From the NCBI GenBank assembly GCA_903889245.1, contig CAISWQ010000038.1, forward strand, positions 68,763 through 132,762: 64,000 nt of DNA. The letters are read 5' to 3'. Positions within the stretch are counted from its first letter, which is position 1, and each line of letters opens with the position of its first letter. This document shows positions 1 through 10,500 of this stretch, in pieces. The position numbers and the translations under genes are program-made. The notes below the pieces were generated by a model, which saw nothing but the letters and a program-made list of their open reading frames with translations, was not told where the DNA came from and did not search any database. This stretch comes from an uncultured Lentisphaerota bacterium. GTDB lineage: Bacteria > Verrucomicrobiota > Kiritimatiellia > CAIQIC01.

Positions 1-1
1 G

Positions 2-1420
2 ATCACCGATGATCTGGTCGCGCTGGCCGGGACGCTGCGGCAGGCCGTACACGAGGTGTCGCCGGAGACGCGGCTGGGGCACATGCATGCCGGCGCGGTG
101 ATTCACGATGTGGCCCGCGTGGCGCGGGCCTTGGCGGGCGACAAGCGTCCGTTTGTGCGGCCGCAAATCCAGCTCTACCGCGAAGAGATTCCGCTCACGG
201 ACTATCCGGGTCGCTTCTGGGAATTGGATGCGTGGCAGGCGCGCCTGCCGGCGGCCTTCGAGCTTTTCCCGGAATGCGAGAACTATCCCTACGATCCGGC
301 TCTCAAGTCGCCGGTGGCGGCCTTTGCCCATCATGCCTATATTTTATCCGTCGGTGAACCGCGGGTGGCCTTGAGTCTGAATGCCGCTTTCGGGGGAAAG
401 GTGCCCGCGTCCGAGTCGCGTGCGTTGGTCGACTACTTTGCGGAACGTCGTGGTCAGTTGCAGGCCGTCTCGAAATGGTTGCAAGGTGCCACGCAGCCGG
501 CGGGCGTAGCCGTCTGGCAGGATCACGAGCTGCTGAACCTGGGCCTCGTGCGCAGGACGCCCCTGAAGGCGCTGCAGGCACGCGGTGTGCCGCTGTGTTG
601 CGCCCGGACTCCTGATGCCGGCGCACTCCACTGGGGCGAGTCGCTGCAGTCTGTGAGCGAGGCCCACCTCGATGAAATTCTGAAACACGGCGCCTTCCTC
701 GACCTGCGCGCCTTGCAGGTGCTGCAAAGCCGCGGTCGGTTGGCGCAGCTCGGCCTGACGCTTGGGGAACGCTGTACGGCCACGGAGGTGATGCATCTGC
801 GCTACGAACGGCAGGACGGCGGGGTCGAGTTGTGGCCCTATTATTATTTCGTCGGCCGTTTGCCGGGCCGGGAGCATCTGCCGTGTCGGGTGCAGGCGCC
901 GGCGGGCAGGGCGCTCGCCACCTACCTTGATGCGCAACGGCACGCGAGCGCGCCGCATGTGTTCATCTGGACGAGCCCTGGGGGTGCACGCTTTGCGCTG
1001 CTGAATGCCTCGACCGATGCCGCGACGGGCGACTCGCTGTTGAGCCGCTGGAGTGCAGGGTGTCTGGCGCGCGCCCTTGAGTGGGTGGAGGGACGGCCTG
1101 TATTGGCGCGGGTGACGTCCGAGGGCGCCTTCCTGCTCAAGGCGTTATGGCTTGAGGCAGGCGCTGCCATCATGCTGACGCTTTGGAACTTGAGTACGGC
1201 TCCGGCTGCAGCGGCGACGCTTCGTCTGGCACCCCAGATTTCCGCGTGGCAGTGGGCGCGCATAGGAAGTGCTGGCCGTTTGCAACCGGTGACGATCCGT
1301 TCCGTGAATGGTGAACCTTGCCTCGTCTTGGAGCGGCCCATGGCTTCGCTGGAGTGCTGCTTCTTGGTGGCACGACGGGCCGCTGATCTGCCGGTAGATA
1401 AGGATCAAACTGTGCCATGA
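2..1420 (+). CDS. Hypothetical protein, 5'-truncated by the window edge (possibly a glycoside-hydrolase-associated TIM-barrel/trimerisation-type protein)
   Basis: Frame is open from base 2; stop TGA overlaps the ATG of the next gene (ATGA at 1417-1420). No diagnostic motif recognised. Confidence 0.6.
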   Translation: MTDDLVALAGTLRQAVHEVSPETRLGHMHAGAVIHDVARVARALAGDKRPFVRPQIQLYREEIPLTDYPGRFWELDAWQARLPAAFELFPECENYPYDPALKSPVAAFAHHAYILSVGEPRVALSLNAAFGGKVPASESRALVDYFAERRGQLQAVSKWLQGATQPAGVAVWQDHELLNLGLVRRTPLKALQARGVPLCCARTPDAGALHWGESLQSVSEAHLDEILKHGAFLDLRALQVLQSRGRLAQLGLTLGERCTATEVMHLRYERQDGGVELWPYYYFVGRLPGREHLPCRVQAPAGRALATYLDAQRHASAPHVFIWTSPGGARFALLNASTDAATGDSLLSRWSAGCLARALEWVEGRPVLARVTSEGAFLLKALWLEAGAAIMLTLWNLSTAPAAAATLRLAPQISAWQWARIGSAGRLQPVTIRSVNGEPCLVLERPMASLECCFLVARRAADLPVDKDQTVP

Positions 1421-3189
1421 AACACCATCTCTATCATGCCGCCATTCTGCTGTCCGTGATGTTACGGGCGGCCGGTGCCGCCGGGACATCCTACGACCTC
1501 TATCAGCCGGCGGTGAAGCACGTCACGATCCACGAGGGCCAGCTCGCGCCGGGGCATTTCGCCTATAACCACATGGCGTCGGTGGAATGGTTCGACGGCC
1601 AGTTCCATTGCGTCTGGGGCGCGCACGCCGAAACGCATCTGGAAGGCAAGCCGGGCCAGCTCAACATCTGGGCGACGAGTCCGGATTTCGAGACGTGGAG
1701 CGCGCCGCAGCCGCTGGCGCATACGGGCGCGCATGCGCTGGCGCGCGATCCGCAGTGCGTGCAATGGCAGCCGAACCTGCTGAACTATCACGACCGCCAG
1801 CTCTGGTGCGTGTGGTCGTTCAACAGCAAGAACACCGAACTCGACGGGCTCTGGTTGAGCACGCTGGACAAAAGTTCCAAGGCTTGGAAACACCGGCGCA
1901 TCCAGCGGCGGCAGGAGGCCAACGGCGTGCCGTGTTCCATCTTCGCGAGCCAGAATCCCGTACTGCTCGCCTCCGGCCGCGTGCTCGCGCCGGTGACCCT
2001 GAACTACCGTGGCGGCAGCACCAACTCTGTCCGGCGCTGGAACGCCTGCTTCTATACCGATGATGGCGGCGCGACGTGGGCCTGCTCGAACCCGATCAGT
2101 TCCGTGGACGATGCCGAGGCGCAGTGGGAGCCGTTCTTCTATGAGCAGGCCGATGGGAAAATCCGCGCCTACATGCGCAACTTCACCAAGGGCGTCGCCT
2201 ATCCCACGCACTGGCGGCTGACGACCACCGGCACCGGCGCGGCCAAGGGCACGCCGGTCAGATTCCCGGACGACCCGGTTTATTCATTCATGGAGACGGT
2301 CAACTGCCGCCCGCAGATTTTCCGACTCGAAGGCGGCCGCTACTGCCTGCTGCAGCAGGATGCGTTCGTGAACCACCGCGACTACTCGACGCGGCTGAAT
2401 ATCGCGCTGAACTTCAGCCGCAGCGGCGCGGACGATTTCGTCGCCGGCCCGCCGGTCTCGCGGCCGGAGGTGATCAGTGCCTACCCGCAGGGCGTCGCGC
2501 ATGGCGGCAACCTCTACCTCGCCTACAGCGCCGGGCCTGGCAACGAGGCGCGCAGCATCGAGGGCGCGATCGTCACGCCCGCGCCGCGCGGCGCTGTCCA
2601 CTACGTCTGGCCGCGCTCGAAGGAACTGATCAAGATGCAGGAAGAGAAGGACGCGGCCGGCAAAAAGAAAGTCGTCCGCACCAATCCCGACGCGCGCACG
2701 GCGCTGCCGAAGATCAAGACGGTGGACCAGCGCAAGATGATCCAGTTCAGCGCGCGCGCCAGCGCCGGCGTTGACCTCGATCCGGTTGATTTCGCCGCCG
2801 GCCAGTCGCTGGCTTTTAAGTTTGAGACCAAGGTACTGCGGCTGCAGCCGGTCGGGCGGCTGGTCTTCTGCTCGCTTGGCGACCGCTTCCCGATCCGGCT
2901 GGGCATGATGGCCAACCGGCCCGACCAGCTCTATGTCTACACGCGCAACCAGTGGGAGCCGGTCTGCGCTTTCCCGATGCAGCAGTGGCACACGGTCCAG
3001 CTCACCGTGCGCGGCGCGGACTTCTCGGTGGCCGTGGATAGCCAGCCGGCAAAAACTTTTCCGAATCCGCTCGTCAACCCGACGCCGCGCCTCTATCTGG
3101 GCGACGGCTTCGAGGTGGACTATGTCTACAGCCTGTCCGGCTCCGAGTTCCTGGTGGACCTCGGCTCGCTGAGCAGCGAGGTGAAGTGA
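1417..3189 (+). CDS. Secreted exo-alpha-sialidase-like (BNR/Asp-box) beta-propeller protein with a C-terminal LamG/ConA-like domain
   Basis: Signal peptide MKHHLYHAAILLSVMLRAAGA; Asp-box YTDDGGATW; sialidase-type segments WEPFFYEQADG..AYMR and SAYPQG. Confidence 0.7.
   Translation: MKHHLYHAAILLSVMLRAAGAAGTSYDLYQPAVKHVTIHEGQLAPGHFAYNHMASVEWFDGQFHCVWGAHAETHLEGKPGQLNIWATSPDFETWSAPQPLAHTGAHALARDPQCVQWQPNLLNYHDRQLWCVWSFNSKNTELDGLWLSTLDKSSKAWKHRRIQRRQEANGVPCSIFASQNPVLLASGRVLAPVTLNYRGGSTNSVRRWNACFYTDDGGATWACSNPISSVDDAEAQWEPFFYEQADGKIRAYMRNFTKGVAYPTHWRLTTTGTGAAKGTPVRFPDDPVYSFMETVNCRPQIFRLEGGRYCLLQQDAFVNHRDYSTRLNIALNFSRSGADDFVAGPPVSRPEVISAYPQGVAHGGNLYLAYSAGPGNEARSIEGAIVTPAPRGAVHYVWPRSKELIKMQEEKDAAGKKKVVRTNPDARTALPKIKTVDQRKMIQFSARASAGVDLDPVDFAAGQSLAFKFETKVLRLQPVGRLVFCSLGDRFPIRLGMMANRPDQLYVYTRNQWEPVCAFPMQQWHTVQLTVRGADFSVAVDSQPAKTFPNPLVNPTPRLYLGDGFEVDYVYSLSGSEFLVDLGSLSSEVK
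1875..1889. repeat. Solitary perfect TTCCAA-N3-TTGGAA palindrome inside a CDS
   Basis: TTCCAAGGCTTGGAA, read as SKAWK in the sialidase-like frame. Confidence 0.75.
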
Positions 3190-3199
3190 GGAGGCGATC

Positions 3200-4399
3200 A
3201 TGAAACGCGAACTGCAACGACGTGAAGTGCTGAAAGCGGCGCTCGCCGCCGGGCTCGGCAGCGTGGCCGCACTGCCCGCGCGCGCCGAAACTCCGGCGCG
3301 CGTGGCGACCGGCGGCGCGGTACCGGTGGTTCACGCGACCGACCTGTTCCATCCGCATGGCGACCCGGATGATCACTTTGATCTCGCCTGCGCCTATGCG
3401 CTCGCGCAGCGCGGGCGGTTCGATTTGCGCGGCTTGGTCATCGACTATCCGCCGGACTTCCGCGAGGGCGATCCGGCCGTGGTCGCCGTGGCGCAGATGA
3501 ACTGGCTGACCGTACGGTCCGTGCCCGTCTCCATCGGGACGCCGCGCCGGCTGGCGCATCGCAAGGACGCGCTCGCCGGCGCGCCGGCGCAGGAGTTGGC
3601 GGCGGTCGAGTTCATCCTTGGCCAGTTGCGCGCGGCTGACCGGCCCGTGGCGGTGGTGTGCGTGGGTTCCGCGGCGGATGTCATCGCCGCCGCGTTGCGC
3701 GAGCCGCGCCTGTTCAAGGAGAAATGCAGTGGCGTCTATCTGAACAGCGGCTCGGCGCACGATAATCCAAGCAAGCCCGCGCAACTGGAGTTCAACGTCC
3801 GCCTCGATCCCGCCGCCTACGCGGCGATGTTCGACCTGCCGTGTCCGCTCTACTGGTTCCCCTGCTGGCATACGACCGAGGTCCGGCAGAGCGGCGAGTC
3901 GGGCAGCTTCTACTGGCTGCCGCACCGCGAGACGCTCGCGAAGGCATCGCCGGGGCTCGCGCATTTTTTCACCCACATGTTCGAGAAATCCACGAACCCC
4001 AAGTGGCTGCGCGCGATGAAAACGCCGCCCAAGGCGGAGACTTGGCGGAAAATTCTGGAAGGCAAACGCGGCATGTGGTCCACCGCCAGTCAGTTCGTCG
4101 CGGCCGGCCTGACCGTCACACACGATGGCAACCTTGTCCCGGCAGCCGGGGCTGGCGACGCCGCCGTCTTCAAGATGCAGGCGGTGGAAGTCACCTGCGC
4201 CGATGATGGCCGCACGACGTGGCGACCGGCGGACAAGGACACCGGCCGCTGGATGCTGCGCGTCACCGACGTGGAAAAATATCCGGCCGCAATGACGCGG
4301 GCCGTGGCCGAGCTGTTCAGCACGCTCAACGGTGGGCCGGCGGATACACCTGGCCCGCGTCGGGAGAGGGGTGTGGGGCTTTCTTCTAAACGACTTTAG
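3200..4399 (+). CDS. Nucleoside hydrolase-like (IU-NH fold) protein with a Tat-like signal
   Basis: RBS GAGGAGG; N-terminal RREVLK..ALAAGLG; Asp-rich motif TDLFHPHGDPDDHFDL; EFNVRLDP. Confidence 0.65.
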   Translation: MKRELQRREVLKAALAAGLGSVAALPARAETPARVATGGAVPVVHATDLFHPHGDPDDHFDLACAYALAQRGRFDLRGLVIDYPPDFREGDPAVVAVAQMNWLTVRSVPVSIGTPRRLAHRKDALAGAPAQELAAVEFILGQLRAADRPVAVVCVGSAADVIAAALREPRLFKEKCSGVYLNSGSAHDNPSKPAQLEFNVRLDPAAYAAMFDLPCPLYWFPCWHTTEVRQSGESGSFYWLPHRETLAKASPGLAHFFTHMFEKSTNPKWLRAMKTPPKAETWRKILEGKRGMWSTASQFVAAGLTVTHDGNLVPAAGAGDAAVFKMQAVEVTCADDGRTTWRPADKDTGRWMLRVTDVEKYPAAMTRAVAELFSTLNGGPADTPGPRRERGVGLSSKRL

Positions 4400-4437
4400 G
4401 ATTGCGTTTGGTAGAACTAAATGCTGTCATATGGCCT

Positions 4438-5592
4438 ATGAAAACACGGCATTATTGGATGGAATTGATTGAGAAAACCTGGCGGGAGCGTTCCGTCATC
4501 TGGTTGGCTGGTGTGCGCCGGGTTGGCAAAACCTGCCTGTGCCGGTCGTTGTCCGATGTGGACTATTTCGACTGCGAGTTACCACGTGTGCGTCGGGAAC
4601 TGGCGGATCCGGAGGCCTTCCTGCGCGGGTCGCGGGGGAAACGGGTAGTACTCGACGAGATTCATCGGCTGGCCAATCCCGCGGAGTTGCTCAAGATCGC
4701 AGCGGATCATTTCCCTCAAATCCGCGTCTTGGCCACGGGTTCCTCGACGCTGGGTGCCTCGGCCAAATTCAAGGACACATTGACAGGGCGCAAGCGCGAT
4801 CTGCGTCTCACGCCCATGACGGTGAGCGATTTGGATGATTTCGGCCGGCCCGACCAGCGCCACCGGTTGTTGCGGGGTGGGCTGCCGCCGTTTTTTCTGG
4901 CCGACGAATTGCCGGAAAAAGATTTCCAGGAGTGGATGGATGCCTACTGGGCCAAGGATATTCAGGAGCTGTTCCGGCTGGAGCGGCGCAGTTCCTTTCA
5001 AAAATTCTTTGAGTTACTCATGGCCCAAAGCGGCGGCATTTTTGAGGCAACACGGTTCGCCACCCCGTGCGAGGTCAGCCGCCAGACCATCACCAACTAT
5101 CTCGCCGTGTTGGAGGCCACCTTTGTCGTGCATGTCCTGCGGCCCTTCAGCACCCGGCGGGCGACAGAAATAGTGGCCGCGCCCAAGGTCTATGGTTTCG
5201 ACAGCGGCTTTGTCTGTTATCACCGTGGCTGGCATAGCCTGCGCAGCGATGATCTGGGCCCGCTTTGGGAGCATTTTGTCCTCAACGAAATCCAGGCCCG
5301 GCTACCCGGCCAGCCGGTGCTCTACTGGCGCGACAAAAGCCTGCACGAGGTGGATTTTGTCCTGCAACGGCGCGGCGCAGCGCCTTTGGCCATCGAATGC
5401 AAATGGAGCGCAGACGGCTTTGACCCGACGAACCTGCTGGCTTTCCGCCATCAATATCCGCAGGGCCGAAATTTTGTCGTGTGCAACGATGTGGAACGGA
5501 TCAGTCGCCGGCAGCACCGTAACATCGAGGTGGAATTTGTGAATCTACCCCAGCTTGTTGACCGGCTGACAGAGGGAGCAAAACGACTATGA
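4438..5592 (+). CDS. AAA_14 ATPase with a C-terminal DUF4143 (PD-(D/E)XK-like) domain
   Basis: Walker A GVRRVGKT; Walker B LDEIH; TGSS, GGLP, PKVYGFDSG, YWRDKS.HEVDFV, AIECK. Confidence 0.9.
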   Translation: MKTRHYWMELIEKTWRERSVIWLAGVRRVGKTCLCRSLSDVDYFDCELPRVRRELADPEAFLRGSRGKRVVLDEIHRLANPAELLKIAADHFPQIRVLATGSSTLGASAKFKDTLTGRKRDLRLTPMTVSDLDDFGRPDQRHRLLRGGLPPFFLADELPEKDFQEWMDAYWAKDIQELFRLERRSSFQKFFELLMAQSGGIFEATRFATPCEVSRQTITNYLAVLEATFVVHVLRPFSTRRATEIVAAPKVYGFDSGFVCYHRGWHSLRSDDLGPLWEHFVLNEIQARLPGQPVLYWRDKSLHEVDFVLQRRGAAPLAIECKWSADGFDPTNLLAFRHQYPQGRNFVVCNDVERISRRQHRNIEVEFVNLPQLVDRLTEGAKRL

Positions 5593-6350
5593 GCAAAACA
5601 AAATCCAAACTCAAACAGGGCCGGAGTGTGCTGGGCGGATGGACGCTGACGGGGCATCCGGCGGTCGCCGAGATCATGGCGGCCGAGGGCTTCGACTTCA
5701 TCGGCGTGGACATGGAGCACACCGCGACGGACGTCGAGGGCTTCTATCACAACGTGCTCGCGGCGAAGAGCACCGACTGCGACGTGCTCGCGCGCCTGCC
5801 CGCGTGCGATCCGGTGCTCGCGAAGCAGGTGCTCGATATGGGCGCGGCGGGCATCATCGTGCCCTCGGTGAATTCGCCGGAGGAGGCCGCGCTCTCCGTG
5901 GCGATGGCGAAGTTCCCGCCCGAGGGTATCCGCGGCGCCTCGCTCTGCCGCGCGACAGGCTTCGGCAAAAACTTCGCCGGCTACTTCGCGCAGCACAACC
6001 GCGAGGTGCTCGTCGTCGTGATGCTGGAGCACATCAAGGCCGTGGAGCAGGCCGACGCGATCCTCGCGACGCCGGGACTCGACGCCGCGTTCATCGGCCC
6101 CTATGATCTCTCGGCCTCGATGAACCTGGCCGGTCAGCTCGACCATCCCGCGGTACAGGAGGCGCAGCAGAAAATTCTCGCCGCGTGCCGCCGCCACGGC
6201 GTCGCGCCCGGCGTCCACGTGGTGCCGCTCGATGCGGGCGAGGTTCACCGCCGCCTCACCGAAGGCTTCCGGTTCATCGCCTGCGGGCTCGACACGGGTT
6301 TCATCCAGGCCGGCTGCCGGCAGATGCTCAAGGCACGGGAGGTCCAATGA
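5589..6350 (+). CDS. HpcH/HpaI family 2-keto-3-deoxy-sugar acid aldolase
   Basis: GFDFIGVDMEH, LDMGAAGIIVP, FPPEGIRG, VMLEH, FIGPYDLS. Confidence 0.9.
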   Translation: MSKTKSKLKQGRSVLGGWTLTGHPAVAEIMAAEGFDFIGVDMEHTATDVEGFYHNVLAAKSTDCDVLARLPACDPVLAKQVLDMGAAGIIVPSVNSPEEAALSVAMAKFPPEGIRGASLCRATGFGKNFAGYFAQHNREVLVVVMLEHIKAVEQADAILATPGLDAAFIGPYDLSASMNLAGQLDHPAVQEAQQKILAACRRHGVAPGVHVVPLDAGEVHRRLTEGFRFIACGLDTGFIQAGCRQMLKAREVQ

Positions 6351-7327
6351 GCGCGCGCGAAATCATTTTGATTGATGAGGGTGTTTACACAAAAGGCGAG
6401 TCGGTCTTCCGCGCTGCCACCGATGTGGACTGCGTGCAGACGCCAGCCGCCGAGGCCGCGCTGGCCGCGGCGGTGCTGGAGCAGGGCACGCGCGCGGTGA
6501 TCGTGGGAACGAAGCCCTATACCGGTCCGCTCTACGAGGCGCTGGGGAAAAAAGCCAGCACGCTGATTGCGCGCTTCGGGGTGGGGCACGATAGCATCAA
6601 CAAAGACCTCGCGCGCCGCCATGGCATTCTCGTCACCAACACACCCGGCGTGCTCGATGTGAGTGTGGCGGAACACACGGTCGGCCTGTTGTGCAGCCTC
6701 GCGCGGCATATTGCGGCGACGCACGCGGACATGCGCGACGGGAAGTTCGCGCCCCAGACGGGGCTGGAACTGCACGGCAAGACGCTCGGCATCCTCGGCT
6801 TCGGCAACATCGGCCGGCGGGTCGCCGCCAGCGCGCACTTCGGGCTCGGTATGGAGGTGATCGCGTGCGACCAGGTCGCCGCGCCCGCCAACCTCGCGGC
6901 GCTCGGCGTTGCGCGCTACACGAACGACGCCGAGGAATGCTTCCGCCAGTCCGACGCCATCAGCATCCACCTGCCCGCGCTGGCCAGCACGCAGAAGTTC
7001 ATCAACGCCGCACGGCTCGCGTGGCTCAAACCCACGGCGCTGCTGATCAACACCGCGCGCGGTGCGGTGCTTGATGAAGTTGCGCTCTTCGAGGCGCTCG
7101 CCGCCGGCCGCCTCGCCGGCGCGGCGCTCGACGTGTTTGAGCGTGAGCCCTACGTGCCTGCGCAACCCGACAAAGATCTGCGTACGCTCGCCAACGTCGT
7201 GCTCACGCCGCACATCGGCTCGAACACGCGCGAGGCCAACGTCCGCATGGCGGAGGGCGCGCTGGAGAACGTCCGCCACTTCCTCGCCGGCCGCCTTGAC
7301 CTGCTCAACCGCGTAGCCGGCGGCTGA
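6347..7327 (+). CDS. D-isomer-specific 2-hydroxyacid dehydrogenase (SerA-like)
   Basis: ARFGVGHD, NTPG, GILGFGNIG, INTARG, LDVFEREP, TPHIGS; ATGA overlap with the aldolase stop. Confidence 0.9.
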   Translation: MSAREIILIDEGVYTKGESVFRAATDVDCVQTPAAEAALAAAVLEQGTRAVIVGTKPYTGPLYEALGKKASTLIARFGVGHDSINKDLARRHGILVTNTPGVLDVSVAEHTVGLLCSLARHIAATHADMRDGKFAPQTGLELHGKTLGILGFGNIGRRVAASAHFGLGMEVIACDQVAAPANLAALGVARYTNDAEECFRQSDAISIHLPALASTQKFINAARLAWLKPTALLINTARGAVLDEVALFEALAAGRLAGAALDVFEREPYVPAQPDKDLRTLANVVLTPHIGSNTREANVRMAEGALENVRHFLAGRLDLLNRVAGG

Positions 7328-7329
7328 AG

Positions 7330-7473
7330 TTTTCCAGGGATTGGAAAACACAACGCCGGTTTTTCCAGGGATGGGAAGATTTCGCGCCCAGCTTTTCCAA
7401 GCCTTGGAAACTCTCGCTGAATTTTTCCCGAGGCCTGGAAAAAGCCGCCGTGAATTTTCCGGGCCTTGGAAAA
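7330..7473. repeat. Array of 5 TTCCAA-N3-TTGGAA-type palindromes
   Basis: Core starts at 7332, 7363, 7395, 7426, 7457 (spacing 31, 32, 31, 31); several units are degenerate. Confidence 0.9.
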
Positions 7474-7507
7474 CCCAGTTGCACACCTCTTGAGGTGTGC
7501 AACTGGG
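7474..7507. repeat. Perfect 16-bp inverted repeat (hairpin/cruciform; possible terminator)
   Basis: CCCAGTTGCACACCTC-TT-GAGGTGTGCAACTGGG. Confidence 0.85.
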
Positions 7508-7561
7508 CGGCGGCAGATGGCGGTTGCGCTTTGGGGCGGCAGCGGCTAGCGTGCGCGCGTG

Positions 7562-10500
7562 ATGAAATCGTGGCGTCAAGTGAGGCTGGGGGCCGGCCTC
7601 GCGCTGCTGCTGGCCGGCGGCGTGGCCGGGGCCGCGCCGCAGGACCGGCTTGCCGATCGTTACTCGTGGCGGCTCTGGGGCCGCGAGCAGGATTTCCCCG
7701 ATACGCGGATCCGCGCGCTGGATTTCGATGAGCAGGGACGGCTGTGGTTGGCCACGCCACAGGGCATGGCGCGGTTCGATGGCGTGCGTTTCAATGTCGT
7801 CACCAACCTGCCGCCGGGCATTGCGCCGGTGCGCGGCTGGCTGCCGGACGCGGGCGGGACGCCGTGGGTCTTTGGCGTCGGCGGCGTAGCGCACCTGACG
7901 CGGACGGGCTGGCAGAAGGTGGGCGCCCAAGCGGTGGGGCCGGTGCATGTGCAGGCGGTATTCACGAATGCCACCGGTGGACTGTGGTTGGTTGGCGAGA
8001 AGACGCTGTGGTTTTATCAACACGGCAAACTGACGCGGGTGGAGTGGCCGCCCGGCATGGGTGAGGACGCCCGGATCACGAGCGCCGCCCTGGATGCCGG
8101 GCAGGTCGTCTGGCTGGTGGTGGAGGGCCGGCTGCTGGCGTTTCATGAAGACCACTGGCTGTCCGAGGAGGAGGCGCGCATAGGTCACTGGGAACATGTC
8201 GCGCTGGTGCGTGCGGAGGATCATGGCACGCTGGTGGTGGTGGAACGCGAGGGCCTGCATGTCCGGCGCGGGGGACGCTGGCGAAACCTACCGCTGCCGC
8301 CGCCGGCGGTGGCCGGCGATGCGGCTTTGCTGCGGCCGACGGCGGTGCTGGAGGAAGCCAACGGCAACAACATCTGGTTGGGAACGGCCCACGCGCTCTA
8401 TCGCTGGTCGCGTGGCACGTGGTTGAACCTGACGGATAACGACATCGGTGTGCCGCTGGCCGTGAATGTGCTCGAGCTGGATCGTTACGGCGATGTCTGG
8501 GCGGGGCTGGACAGCGGGTTGCTGTGTTTGCATCGCCGGGCGGTGACGATGCTGCGGACGGGTGAGGCCGCGCAGGACGAACCGATCACGTGTCTGTTTG
8601 CGCTGGCCGCGGGGCAGGTCTGGGCCGGCATCAAGGAGCGTGGCTTGTGGGTGGTCCGGCGCAACGGGTTGGAGCCGCTGGAACTGCCGCTGAAAAGCAA
8701 CCAGACCGTCACGGCGGTGGCGCCGGGCGAGGGTGGCTGGTGGGTGGGTACGCATGGCGATGGCCTGTTCTGGATGACGACCACGCAACTGGTGCCCGTC
8801 GCGTCCACCACCGCTCCCGGATCGCAGACGATCACCGCTTTGCAACGAACACGCGACGGGCGGCTCTGGGTGGGGACGTGGGCAGGATTGTATTGGTTGC
8901 CAGCAGCGGCGCCGGGCACCGGGCAACAGCCGGAGTTGCGGGGTGTCCCCGGTGGCCAGAAGTGGAATGTAACCGCGCTGGCCGTCGAGGGGACGGGCAC
9001 CTTGTGGGTGGCCACGGCGGGGCAGGGACCTTCGCGCCTGGAGCCAGATGGCACCCTGCATTATTTCGGCGAGCGCGATGGCGTCCCCCCCACGGCGCTA
9101 CTTTGCCTGCAGGCCGATCGCGATGGCCGGTTGTGGGCCGGTTGCGCCCGCGGGCTGATCCGGTGGGATGGCCAGCGCTGGCAGGCCTGTGATCTGCGCA
9201 AGGATTTCATCGTGCGCCATCTCTATCATGATGATAGAGGCCGGCTGTGGTGCGGCACGGCACAGGGGCTGCACTGTCTGCGGCCCGACGCGGTCAGGGA
9301 TGCCCTCGCGCAGCGCTCGGTTTCCGGTCGTTATTTTCGCATGGGCGCGGCGGATGGTCTGCCCGCCGCCGAGTGTGTCGCGCAGGTCAGCCAGGCGGTC
9401 ACGAGCGCCGGCAACGAACTCTTCCTGGCCACCCCCGATGGGGTGGCGCGGCTTTCGCTCAACATCGCGCAGACCGGCCGCCGGCCGCAGGCAATGGACA
9501 TCGAGACCGTGAGCGCCGTCGGCCGGCTGCTCTGGAACCGGCTCGGGTGCGTGCCGGGCGAGCCGCTGCCCGGCACGCCGCTCCTCAAGCTGCCGCCGGG
9601 CAGCGAGCCGGTCACCTTTGAGTACGCGATGCCGGAACTGTTCTGGCCGGACCGCATCCGCTATGACTACCAGTGGAAACTGGAGGGCTTGAACGAGGCC
9701 TGGTCGCCCGCCACCACGGAGCCGCGGGTGACCTTCGAGCAACTGCCCCCGGGCGACTACAGCTTCCGGGTGCGCGGCCGGCGCGAGGGCGACTGGTGCG
9801 AGGTGGCGCAGCCGGTGCGTTTGCGCGTGCTGCCGTTCTTCTGGCAGGCCTTGTGGTTCCGCGCGGTCGTCGCCGCGCTGGCGCTGGTCACGACGGTGCT
9901 GGTGGCGTGGCGGTTGCTGCGCGCCCGGTATCGCCGGCGCTTGCTGCGCGCCCAGCAGGCGCAGGCGTTGGCGCAGGAGCGCACGCGCATCGCGCAGGAT
10001 CTGCACGACGAGATGGGCGCGGGCCTCACAGAAATCAGCCTGCTGGGCGATCTGGCCACGACGGAAGCGCACGGCCCCACGCGCACCGAGAACATTTCGT
10101 TGCTGACCCAGCGCGCCCGCGCGCTGGTGACCAAGCTCGACGAGATCGTCTGGGCCGTCAACCCGCGCCACGACCGGCTCGAAGCGGTGAGTGATTTTTT
10201 TGGCAGCTATGCGCAGCAGTTCCTGCGGCCCGCCGGCATCGCGTGCGCGCTGGAGGTGGCCGAGGCCCTGCCGGAACTGCCGCTGGAGGCGCGGGTACGG
10301 CATCAACTCTTCCTGGCCTTCAAGGAGGCGCTGACCAACTTGGTCCGCCATTCCGGCGCGACGCAGGCGCGGTTGCGGATCGCGGTCGAGGCCGGCGGGC
10401 TGACGATCAGCGTGAGCGACAACGGGCGCGGCCTGAAGGCGGAGGGCGCGGCCGGCCTGCATGATGGGTTGCGCAGCATGTGCGCGCGCCTGGAAAAACT

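Noticed and set aside
7330-7473. CRISPR array interpretation of the palindrome clusters (also 30075-30185, 43319-43453, 62316-62432)
   Set aside because: Repeats are only 15-19 bp with a variable centre, spacers are about 12-16 bp, clusters have 2-5 units dispersed through coding regions, and there are no cas genes.
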